Of a stretch of 64,000 bases of DNA, positions 1 through 10,257 are shown piece by piece. The stretch's first letter is position 1; each line of letters starts with the position of its first letter. Where the stretch lies: assembly GCA_043228905.1 (NCBI GenBank), contig JBHGNT010000020.1, forward strand, positions 11,098,001-11,162,000. The letters run 5' to 3'. A model generated the notes under the pieces. It was not told the DNA's origin. It made no database searches and was given only the letters and a program-made list of their open reading frames with translations. A program made the position numbers and the translations under genes. This DNA comes from Azolla caroliniana (lineage: Eukaryota; Plantae; Polypodiophyta).

Positions 1-672
1 AACTGCTTCCAAATCAGCAAGTAGTGTTTGTATTCTTGAGCTCATAGAAGCTATGCAACCGGCCATCATCTGTTCATGCTTTTCAGTCATTGTGGCCCGT
101 ACCTTTGCCTCTAGAACTTGGTGGATAGGTGTTATAGCTAGAATATCCACATGAGAGGTTCCAGATGACTTCAAGCCAGTGTTGGTACTGGAGGACCCTT
201 TGTAATGTTCTGACCGGTGCCGATTAAAATCTTCCCAATTTACGTCAATGCCACCTTGAACTTCACATGCAAAAGCACGTGCAAAAACAGTACCCACCTC
301 ATTGTTAGTGATTTGATTTGTATCATAAACATGTTCGTATCTCGTCTTCAATAAATTCATGTATTCCCTCTTCAAACCACTTATGTGGAATCCTCGCCTT
401 GTGTCGGGATGTGCTGACCCCCAGGTTTTTAACAACCACTCTCTCAGCTCTGGATACACGTCAGGTCGTGCTCGAAGGAAATAATTCCATCCAAGAGGTG
501 TGTCTCGACTGATGGAGTGGTACATCTTCTTTCTCTGTGTTGATGAATTCATCACCCTTTCTCTTGTGGGTGTCTTCTTGCTTTCTTTCATGGGTGTCCT
601 TCTTCCTTCCTTCACTGGTGTCTTCACTTTCTCTTTCATCAATGTCTTCTTTATGGGTGTCCTTCTCGTCAT
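1..672 (-). CDS. Partial ORF of unknown function (at least 224 codons, runs off the window edge); probably transposon-associated
   Basis: Manual translation from ATG at 672 has no stop down to base 1: MTRRTPIKKTLMKEKVKTPVKEGRRTPMKESKKTPTRER...GFHISGLKREYMNLLKTRYEHVYDTNQITNNEVGTVFARAFACEVQGGIDVNWEDF...RIQTLLADLEAV. It is missing from the ORF track, presumably because its stop lies outside the window. Confidence 0.55.
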   Translation of the reverse strand, partial: MTRRTPIKKTLMKEKVKTPVKEGRRTPMKESKKTPTRERVMNSSTQRKKMYHSISRDTPLGWNYFLRARPDVYPELREWLLKTWGSAHPDTRRGFHISGLKREYMNLLKTRYEHVYDTNQITNNEVGTVFARAFACEVQGGIDVNWEDFNRHRSEHYKGSSSTNTGLKSSGTSHVDILAITPIHQVLEAKVRATMTEKHEQMMAGCIASMSSRIQTLLADLEAV

Positions 673-1220
673 TGTCCTAGTCAACACAATTCTCAGGGAA
701 TGAATATGCATGTACTAGAAGAAAACTCAAGCAATTACCATCAACACATAGCAAATCATCTCATTGCATGTACAAACCATGTCAATCACACAATAACCCT
801 AAATAGTCGGAAAAAAACTCCATTGTAAATCATCATAGCCAACTCCATCATTGTAAATCATTGTAAATCATCGCATCGCATGTACAAGCCAACTCCATCA
901 CATCGTAAAACACACAAGCCAACTCCATCACAAGCCAACGAAAACATTGTAAATCATCATAGCCAACTCCATCACATCGCATGTACAAGCCATGTCAAAC
1001 ACACAAAAACCCAAAATAGTCGGAAAAACACTCATCCATGTCAAACTCACACAAAATAAAACAGATGGACAAGAAACAAGAACAAAACGAAAACATAGCA
1101 ACTCATCATAGCCAACTCCATTTACGTTGCATGTACAAACATGTCTAACACACAACCACCTCGATCAAAATATTTTCATACATTTTTAAAAGGAACACAG
1201 AGAAACACAGAGAAAACAAA

Positions 1221-1511
1221 AACACAGAGAATACCTGGAGGTTGTACAACTTGCAGAGGTACCAGACCGTGTTGATTTCGACAAACGAGGCTGCTGCAGA
1301 GGAGACAAACGAGCATAGACAGAGGAAACAAACGAGCATACAGACAGACAGGAAACATTCAGAAAAAGAAAACATTGAGTATTGGGCATGCAACACAGAG
1401 AATACCTGGAGGTTGTACAACTTGCAGAGGTACCAGACCGTGTTGATTTCGACAAACGAGGCTGCTGCAGAGGAGACAAACGAGCATAGACAGAGGAAAC
1501 AAACGAGCATA
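1221..1511. repeat. Direct duplication of ~120 bp, period 171 bp
   Basis: aacacagagaatacctggaggttgtacaac...gaggaaacaaacgagcata occurs at 1221 and at 1392. Confidence 0.9.
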
Positions 1512-1803
1512 CACAAGGAAGGAAAATCAACAACACATACAACGAGCAGGGGAAACAAAAATCTCTGCGTTCAGAGATCGAACCTGGCACAGAGGGGAAC
1601 ACAAGAACAGCTACGCGGGGAAACAGAGCATCGAAGGTGGAGTGAGAGAGAGAAACAGAAAGAAAGAAAGAAACAGAGCTTTGAAAGAAAAAAACAGAAA
1701 GAATCGAAGGTGGAGTGAAAGAAAGAAATAGAGAGATAGACCTGTAATATATATGTCGTCTTTCTTTAACTTTCTGCCACTGTCTGTCTGACAACTTCGA
1801 GAC

Positions 1804-1837
<34 letters not shown>

Positions 1838-2056
1838 GTGAGTGAGAGAGAGAGACATACCAATTGACACGTTCGACTACCCATACCAGAGAGAGAGAGA
1901 GAGAGAGATACTGAGACTGACCAACTGTCACAATGGATACCTTCTCCAGGTGTGCTTTCGTACAACTCTACCTAGGAGACTGGGGCAACAATTAATGTAT
2001 TAAATATGGCCTAGGGACATTTCGAGTGTGACGTACAATATCTTTGTGCATTCGAG

Positions 2057-2735
2057 TGTGACGTAATGAATTTGTTTTTTGTTTTTTGAAACTTATTTAC
2101 AATTTTTAATGTTTATTTTCTTCTTCGATTTAGTACTAAATTTTTGGCCAAAAGTTGGTACACCGTAGCATGCTTCGACCCACATGCATAGGGCAAGATT
2201 CGAACCCTATACCTCCATGTTAACGATTTTTAAGCCTTACCACTATACTAGCATATTATGAATTTTAAAGTTAAATACTAAACTTTATCCCATGTAAATA
2301 TTCTAGATATGCATGGTACAAAAAGTTATTCATGCATACACACTCAAGTTAAAAGAAAAGATGGGATAGAAAGCTAATCATGCACATGCAGTGTGCATGA
2401 AAACTAAAGTTAGGAAAAGCATGATGCTTGCATGTGATAAACTTAGACTCTTCCTACACTATATAAGGAAGAGAGAAAGATGTATAGGGGTTGTTGATTT
2501 TATATAAGGATTGATTAATAAAAAATATTCGTGGGATTCACGATTTTACCATCTAATTCTCTCTTACAATCCAAGTATCCATTAATACATTATACTCGTG
2601 GGATTCACGAGTTTCACATCTCCATCTTGCAATCTATTCGTAACAAAAACTATCTCATATTCTTCTTCTCCTAGTCCAAAACCTCAGTGGTTCCCACCCG
2701 ACTCACGCAACGATCCGTAGCCGAAAGGCACGACA
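2057..2735 (+). mobile_element. Diverged gypsy-type LTR related to the LTR at 57126-57929; 5' boundary approximate
   Basis: 2671-2735 (ctagtccaaaacctcagtggttcccacccgactcacgcaacgatccgtagccgaaaggcacgaca) is nearly identical to the reverse complement of 57126-57190. Patchier similarity continues upstream (gtgggattcacga motifs, tatataagga, tRNA-like box). Confidence 0.7.
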
Positions 2736-5623
2736 CAAGTCTTGGATGAGAAGGTTACGCGGTGTGCGTGGTGCAGAGAAAAGTTCGGAGAGCAGTGACG
2801 TCGAGGTTACATATACCGAGAGTGCCTGAATCATATTCGGAGTGCCAGGTGGGGTAAGGAGAGGTGTCTGAACGATGGAGGGGTCCGTCGTGCCGGGGCT
2901 GAGGACATGTTCGAGGGCGGCTTTGGACGTGCAGAGTTGGAAGATGTGCTTTTCGAGGTCGGTGCACTGGCGGCAGTGTTTGATGAGGAGACATCTGTTC
3001 CGTTCATTGGCGACCTCGACTTGGTGGACCATGGCGTCATGTTCAGGCTTGAGGGTGGTGATCTCGTTGGTGAGTTGGTGAGTTGTGGCAATGGCGGCAG
3101 CCAGAGCCTCGAACCGTTCAGAGAGGTCAGCCGTCACAGCTGCGAGGCGGGACTCAGTCTGTTGGTGTTGGGTGGTGAGGCGGACATACTCGGCTGAGAG
3201 TTCGACGTGTGTTAGGGCCGCACGTTCCTGGTCGTGGTGCCAGGTTGTCCGAGCTTGTTGGAACTCGTCAGCGACTTCTTGGTGTCGGGTTTACGTTGCC
3301 AGTAGTTCTTGCTTGAGGAGGTCGTGGGTGGCCGCTTGGCACACGTTGGTATGGAGGGCACTCCGCACCTCAGCAGCCAAAATCTCATTCCGTGTAGAGG
3401 TCTCGTGCTGGGCGGTGGCGGTCTGTTGGGCCTATGCATGAACTTGAAGTAGGTGACGGTTCATGACAGAAGTCATCTTGAGGAGGTCGGCCACCATGTC
3501 GGCTAAGGGTTTGGGGGGGTATGCAAGGGAGGGGGTATGGTGGGCAGTGACTGCAGTGAGCGGGATAGAGCAAGGCACAGAGGTCGGATGGGGTGGTGGT
3601 GAGGTTGTCGTCTGGGCGAGAGCGATGGGGGGTTGAAGGGGGACTGTCGGGTTTGTGGGTGATGGCCGGTCGGGGGTTTCGGTGTCGAGAGCGTTGTGGC
3701 GGGCGAGTTTACGGGGTCGAGGTGACGAGGTGTCTTCGGTGGTCATGGGCAGGAAGGGTTGGGCAGTTGCGGTCGGGGTGGGGGGTGACGGTTCTCAAGG
3801 TAGAGGGGTTGGCGAGTTGGGGGGAGGCGGGGCTACCGGGTTCCGTTGGTCACGGAAGATTGACTCGGTTGTGCAGCTACGGGTACGCGAGATCATGGTT
3901 GTGGTTTGATGTGACACATAGTGGAAGGTAGTGGACATGGCCTAGATTTCTGTGAGGGTGAACACCCGTGTCTGGAATTCCTTGACACGATTTGTGATAT
4001 CTTGAGGGGTGTCGAGGATAGATTTGGCTAACACGTGGGTGATCGGGGGTTGTTTGTGTGCCGGTGGCTGTTCCTGATCGCCTTGGTGTACCTGTCTTAA
4101 GAAATCGCGTTCGGGGAGGCGAAGGCGTTCGAGTTGGCCTAGTACAGTTATCTTGCGGAGGCGTTCCTAGTAGCGTATGAAAGGAGGGGCGGGGGGTCCG
4201 ATGCTGAACTTTGCGCACAAGTAGCGGGTGAGGAACCACGCAAAATTGACTGCTGATTTGGGCCGTGTGTGCCATTCTCGGACCCGGAGGACAAGCTCAT
4301 GAGCCCACTGTACCGGTTTCGGATCATGTGCCCACTTGAGGTACTCGCCGGTGATACGGGCGGTGGCATCGGTAGATGCGGTGTCGCCGACTTGGGCAAT
4401 TGCGCTACAACGGTCGTGGAGATGGAGAGGGATTTCGGTGTAACGCCAACCTTCGCGTCCAGAATATTCGGCGTAGGTGGCAGAGATGATGCCGGGGACA
4501 ACCCCAAGGGTCCTCGTGGTGCGGAAGGGGGTGCCATCTGTTGGGGAGACAGGTTCCTCTGGATGGGAAGGGAGAAGAACCGTATGAGGTGGACCCGGCT
4601 ATGGAGGGCCGGATGATGCAGACCCGGTGAAGACCGGATGAGGAGGACCCGGCTACGGAGAGCCGGATGATGCAGACCCGGTGAAGACCGGATGAGGAGT
4701 ACCCGGCTACGGAGAGCCGGATGGTGCAGACCTGGTATGAACCGGATGAGGAGTACCCGGCTACGGAGAGCCGGATGGTGCAGACCCGGTATGAACCGGA
4801 TGAAGAGACATATTCGTAAATATGTTTCTGAGAGTCCATCGAGGCTATATTTGTAAATAGCCGAAAAGACATATTAGTATAAATATGACTTAGGGCAAAC
4901 TTTTAGCGTTGGTTGTTCATTTCTTGTTGGTGCAAGAAAAGAGAGAGTGTGCGTAACTGTTCAGATAGAGAGAGAGAGAGAGAGAAAGAGGTCGTTGCCT
5001 CTGTTGTAACCGCCGCCTGTGGCAAAGATCTGTGAGCACGAGGTCGGTGCCTCAGTGAACTCACTGTTGTATATTCTTACATAGTGATAGTTTGCAGCCT
5101 ATGGGCTGCTGTGGTTTTTTCCCTTAGTTTGGGGTTTTTTCCACGTAAACCTCCTGTGTATCTCCCTCTTCTTCTTGTTGTGTTTTATTTCCCGTTTTCT
5201 GTGTATGATCCTAAGCTCGATTGTGGCCGAGCGTTGCGTATAGGGAACGGTACAGTTCCAGACACCATCGAGTGGTAAATGCAATGTAGCGCAAACGTTG
5301 GCGGCGGTTAATTGGAATGTGACGGGGGTGGAATCCGCGAATGCTTGCATATCGATGTGGCCCGTGTCGGGGTTGTACCCGGTGAGGAAGCGGTTGACCA
5401 GCTCGGGTAGGAATCCCCACGGGTCGATCCCTAGGAAGAACCTGAGGCCAAGTCGTGAGAGGGTGTCGAACACGTCGGGTTCGAGGTACTTGAGTTGCGT
5501 GGCGGCCGTGGGGATCCGGTAAGTACATCGGGTGTTGTTGAACACCGCTGGAATGACTAAGGAACCGCAACCTGTGTCGGGGTAGTATGCATGGAGGAGT
5601 TTGATGAATTGAGAAGACGTCAT
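2736..5623 (-). pseudogene. Degenerate ~720-codon gene: plant-mobile-domain (PMD)-like N-terminus, Pro-rich linker and coiled coil; interrupted by a solo LTR
   Basis: Removing 4539-5264 plus one TSD copy joins ...ELVNRFLTGYNPDTGHID...FQLTAANVCATLHLPLDG to TPFRTTRTLG...KPVQWAHELVLRVREW...VNFAWFLTRYLC. The same frame continues into track ORFs 3432-3746 and 2703-3137. The breaks found are in-frame TAG/TGA stops. An acceptor-like ttttccccacAG lies at 5634, just upstream of the ATG. Confidence 0.65.
4539..5264 (+). mobile_element. Copia solo LTR (726 bp), related to the 9608/49622 family
   Basis: TGTT...GACA termini with perfect 5-bp TSD CCATC (4534-4538 and 5265-5269). Shares the ctacgga..ccggatg repeats, tataaatatgacttagggcaaac and ccacgtaaa motifs with the LTRs at 9608 and 49622. 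Confidence 0.92.
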
Positions 5624-5717
5624 TGTTGGCAACCTGTGGGGAAAATATTAGTATAGTTAAATCTGATTGGCGGGGTGGAGGAATTTGGGTTCGGAAGGGT
5701 AGCGGGTAGGATATTGC

Positions 5718-6087
5718 TTGAGGAGTTAGGCTTCTCGAACAAAGGTGAGGTTGTTCGAGCTCCTCGAACAAAGGATGGCTCAAGGGGGTAGGTTCCTCGA
5801 ACAAAGGGTGGTTCGAGGGGGTAGGTTTCTCGAACAAAGGGTGGTTCGAGGGGTTAGGCTCCTCGAACATGTGCAGTTCGGGGAGTTAGGCTCTTCCAAC
5901 AATGTGTGGTTCAAGGAGTTAGGCTCCTCGAACAATTGTGTGCTTCGAGGAGTTAGGCTCCACGTTCGGCGAGTTAGGCTCCTCGAACAATGTGTGGTTC
6001 GAGGAGTTAGGCTCCTCGAACAATGTGTGGTTCGGGTAGTTAGGCTCCTCGAGCAATGTGTGGTTCGAGGAGTTAGACTCCTCGAAC
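5718..6087. repeat. Array of ~11 palindromic ~33-bp units (GTTCGAGGAG-TTAGG-CTCCTCGAAC-AATGTGTG)
   Basis: Directly visible; each unit is a 10-bp inverted repeat with a 5-nt loop and an 8-nt linker. Confidence 0.95.
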
Positions 6088-6402
6088 ACGGAGGAACGCA
6101 AAACGATGAGGCGGAGTGGTCTGTTAACGGCCAGCGACGTGGGAAGGGGTGGAAATGACGAGGTCGCCGTCATGGCCGCCTCGGGGGGGGAACGAAAAAA
6201 ACGACGAGGCCACGTGGCCCGTTATGGGTTGCGGCCATGGCCGCCACAGAGGAGCGAAGTGCAGGTGAGGAAGACCTATGGCGAACGAGAGGGAAGAGAG
6301 AAGGCCTACCCGAGGCGTGGGGAATCAGGGCGTGCAGGAGACGAGGTGGCGGCCGGGGCAGCGACTGACGGGGTAGGAGCGGGAGCACCGAGGGTGGAGG
6401 TG

Positions 6403-7625
6403 GTCATTGTGCCATCTGTCTTTTTTAAACATGAAGGTTGAGTTCTAGAACCTCTACATTTGACAACTTCAAAAAAACCTTTAGTAACGATCACCTACCC
6501 TCATCCAGCTTGCTACTTTACTTCGATAGGCCTTGGTACTCCTTAGTTTCTGATACATATCCAATTTGCATTTTGCCTCCTATAGTCGGGTCTCAATCCA
6601 TACATTATTTGGGTATTTTTCTCTTAGTTTCTCCCTCATCTCTGTTCTAATTTCAGTTGCTTTCTTCTGAAAGAAGCATGCACATTCCTCAATTTTCCCA
6701 ACCAGCCTATGAGCGGGATCATGATATATCCATTTGACATTAGACCATGTTCTTCTTATATCATCAATCCATTTGTTATCCATAACCAATTCCTTGCTCA
6801 TCTTCACATTATGTGGCATGCATCAATTGTTTTCTTTTATATGCAACCGAACTAGTGAATGGTCTGAGAACATCGTTCCAGGACAAATTATGCATTTTTC
6901 TTTCCTATCGATGAGCCAACGATCCAAATACCATCTGTCCAACCTAGACATTGTCCTCCCAAGCACGCTTCCTCCTACTCTATAGTATAGAAGAGATTTT
7001 TCTTTTTGAATCTAAAAGTTAGGTGCCTTCCAACACTATCACATTTTATGTTAAACAAAACTTATCCCATGCATCTTTTTTCTGCCCCTTGCATCATGCC
7101 ATTTGCATTTCCTCTTCTATCTTCTTGTTGCTCCACCATATTAAAATCTCCTCCAATGATCCACAACTTTGCATCCGGTTTCTTGTCCACTAGTTGCAAC
7201 CAGAATTCTTTTATTTCGGCAGCTGAATTTGGGGCATATATGTTCAGTATGCCCAAGTGTCCATATATGTGTTTTATCCTTATATAGACAACACGACCAT
7301 CTATTACACACCCCCTGCCTATGTATGTTGCATAATACTTAGCTTTCATTGCTATAAGTACTCCCCCATGAATCTGTCTATCCCCCGTAACTATCGATCA
7401 TGTATTGGTCCAACTCCCAGGGAAAATGTTTCCAATTTTGTCGATCTTATCCTCATCTAGGTGTGCTCTTGCACCATGATAACATCATGCACCATTGCCT
7501 CAGTGCATCGCCGAATTTTAGCAGCCAATACATTCTTCTTCGTCTGGAATTAGGTGCCAGCAAATCGTTGTATATTCCATGTTAGCAAGCTAAGATTCAT
7601 TTCAACATATACCGTGCATCTTTTG
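6403..7625 (-). pseudogene. L1-type LINE ORF2 N-terminal fragment (APE endonuclease), degenerate
   Basis: Motifs MNLSLLTWNIQ (ATG 7600), MVQEH, ILNIYAPN, WIIGGDFN, SRLDRWY and SDHSLV appear in order on the minus strand, with stops and frameshifts. Confidence 0.85.
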
Positions 7626-8362
7626 TGGTGGTTCGAGGGGTTAGGTCCCTCGAACAAAGAGTGGTTCGAGGTGATAGGCTCCTCGAACAAAGGGTGGTTA
7701 GAGGGGTTAGGTTCCTCGAACAAAGGGTGATTCAAGGGGATAGGCTCCTCGAACAAAGGGTGGTTCGAGGGGGTAGGTTCCTCGAACAAAGGGAGGTTCG
7801 AGGGGTTAGGCTCCTCGAACATGTGCGGTTCGCGGAGTTAGGCTCCTCGAACATCTGTGGTTCGAGGAGTTAGGCTCCTCGAATAATGTGTGGTTCGAGG
7901 AGTTAGGCTCCTCGAACAATTGTGTGCTTCGAGGAGTTAGGCTCCTTGAACAATGTGTGGTTCGAGGAGTTAGGCTCCTCGAACAATGTGTGGTTCGAGG
8001 AGATAGACTCCTCAAACACGCGGGAACGCGAAACGACGAGGCGGAGTGGTTTGTTGACGGCCAGTGACGTGGGGAGGGGTGGAAATGACGGGGTCGCCGT
8101 CATGGCCGCCTCGGGGGGGAACGAAAAAAACGACGAGGCTGTGTTGCCCGTTATGGGCCGACGACAGGAGGAGAGGCAACGTCATGGCTACGGCCATGGC
8201 CGCCACAGAGGAGCGAAGTGCAGGTGAGGAAGACGTCTAGCGAACGAGAGGGAAGAGAGAAGGTCTACCCGAGGCGTGGGGAATCAGGGCGTGCAGGAGA
8301 CGAGGCGGTGGTCGGGGCAGGCGACTGATGGGGTAGGAGCGGGAGCGCCGAGGGTGGAGGTG
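7626..8362. repeat. Second copy of the hairpin array (7629-8017) plus adjacent GC-rich block; duplicate of ~5745-6402
   Basis: The array is followed by the same gcggagtggt...gccgcctcggggggg...ggaatcagggcgtgcaggagacgagg...agggtggaggtg block, ending at 8362 here and at 6402 in the first copy. Confidence 0.9.
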
Positions 8363-8551
8363 CAAGTGTGCCGAACAGAGATAGGTGTGAGGGGGGGAGG
8401 AAGAAGAGTGCTATAGAAAACGAGGTCATGAGAGGGAAGGGGAAAAGAAGAAATAAGGGTTGCTAAAAAAAGAGAGAGAGGGGGGGGGGGGGGGGGGGGG
8501 GGCAGAGAAAAGCAGAAAAAAGAAGAAGAAGAAGAAGAAAATAATTATAGG

Positions 8552-8960
8552 TGATTAGATACAATATCTCTCTCAAGCTCACTCTCATAAACAATGGGGT
8601 AATGAATGTAGACAACAAGATTAATGAATATATTTATTAACCTCTTCGCTAAGAGGTCTAGCACCACCAAGAGAGAGAGATTAGTGTTCTCTAACTAACA
8701 CTTCACTAATCTCTCTTAAGCTTAAAGGTTACAAGAAAGAGGAGAGGAAGCTTCTAGCTCTTAATCACTTAGGAGATCTTTACAAATGGGAGAACCCCCA
8801 CAAAGCCACTACTATGTGGTTTATATAGCTTTCACGTTTACGGTATGGGCCTTTCACACTTGGACATCTCTTTGCTTCTTTTCCTCTTGTTGTTTCCTCT
8901 ACGTCCTTGTTGATGTGCTCTTATTCGTGACTGGTTGTGTTGTTATCCCAGCGCTTAACA
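8552..8960. mobile_element. Probable LTR fragment of an unrelated family
   Basis: Imperfect inverted termini TGATTAG...CTTAACA. It abuts the first bases of the expected 3' LTR of the 8961-20524 copia. No TSD found. Confidence 0.35.
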
Positions 8961-10229
8961 TTGTTCAACACTCTCCCTCAAGCTCAACTTGAGGTCGGAT
9001 CATGGTGTCAATGTCTACCAGTCCATCCCTCCATCTCCTAGTGTCTTCTCGCCTTGCTTATGCTCCTTGACCCATCCGATCCCGCTTTTCGCAACCCATC
9101 CCATTCCGCGCACCTCGACCTTCTCTGTCGGCTTGTCTACTCATAAGGCCCATCTCAACTCCCTTGTTGTTGTGATTTCAGCGTTTCTCGACCCATCGGT
9201 TCCTCCATGTTGGTGTCGATTTCCGTTGCCTTCTCATCTCTTTGGCGTTCAGTTGATTCGGTTGCCTCCGATTCGTTTCAGCTCTTGTCTGAATTGGTTG
9301 TCTCCAATTCGTCCTCATCGTAGGCCCTTTACCACATCAGACCATGCCCGGGTCTTGGCCTTCTTCTTTTGGTCAGCTCTGTCCTTCTTGAGTCTGTTGC
9401 TTGTTCAGACTTTTTCGGATGTGCCAACTTCTTGAGTTGACTCATCTCCCTTTTTCTTCTTGTCTCCCCCTGTTTCAGCCTTTTCTTCCTCTGTATCGGC
9501 TACTTCTCCGATGCCTTTACTTGTTTCTCCTGTTTCTCTAGTTCCTGTTCCGGTTCTCCTCCTCAAGTGATGCATGTCGAGATGTTGCAACCCAAGCATC
9601 TCCGAAATGTTGGGATTACAGTCCCTCCGGATGGGATGGTCAGAACTACGGAGCCAGATGATGAAGACCCCGACTACGGAGCCGGATGATGAAGACCCCG
9701 ACTACGGAGCCGGATGATGAAGACCCCGGCTACGGAGCCGGATGACGAATGTACCCGGAGAGAGATCCGGATGCGGGGACATATTTGTGAATATGTTTGC
9801 CAAGGGCCCTCTAGGCTATATTTGTAAATAGCCCGAAAGTCATATATGTATAAATATGACTTAGGGCAAACAGTTTTGTAGTTGTTGCTCATTTTTTCTG
9901 TTTTCCACTTAGAGGGAGCGAAGTGAGAGCAGCCGAGAGAGAGAGAGAGAGAGAGAGAGACGAAGAGGTCGTTGCCTCTGTGTATTACCGCCGCCTGTGG
10001 CGAAGACAGTGAGCTCAAGGTTGTTGCCTTGTAGCTTCACCAATGTACATCTCTGTTTATAGTGATAGTTGGAGTTTGAGGACTCCCGTGGTTTTTCCCA
10101 TTTAGGGTTTTCCACGTAAAACATCCAGTGTACCTTTCTCTCTGTTGTCTTCGTGTATTTTGTATTTCCTATTTTCTGTGAGTTGATCCTATTCCTCTGT
10201 TGTAGCCGAGCACTGCAAAGTTAACAAAG

Positions 10230-10241
10230 TGGTATCAGAGC
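10230..10241 (+). promoter_or_regulatory. Primer-binding site complementary to the 3' end of initiator tRNA-Met
   Basis: TGGTATCAGAGC 3 nt after the 5' LTR; also at 50245-50256 and 43807-43818. Confidence 0.95.
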
Positions 10242-10257
10242 GACGGTAACACAGAAA

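Noticed and set aside
5718-8017. 33-bp palindromic repeats as a CRISPR array
   Set aside because: Linkers are 8 nt and near-identical rather than unique spacers; no cas genes; eukaryotic TE context. The FEEPNSSNHTL-type ORFs are by-products of the repeat.
8552-8960. 3' LTR of the 8961-20524 copia
   Set aside because: No similarity to that element's 5' LTR (20091-20524) and no matching TSD.
10101-10107. TTTAGGG as telomeric sequence
   Set aside because: A single copy per LTR forming part of a hairpin; no tandem array.
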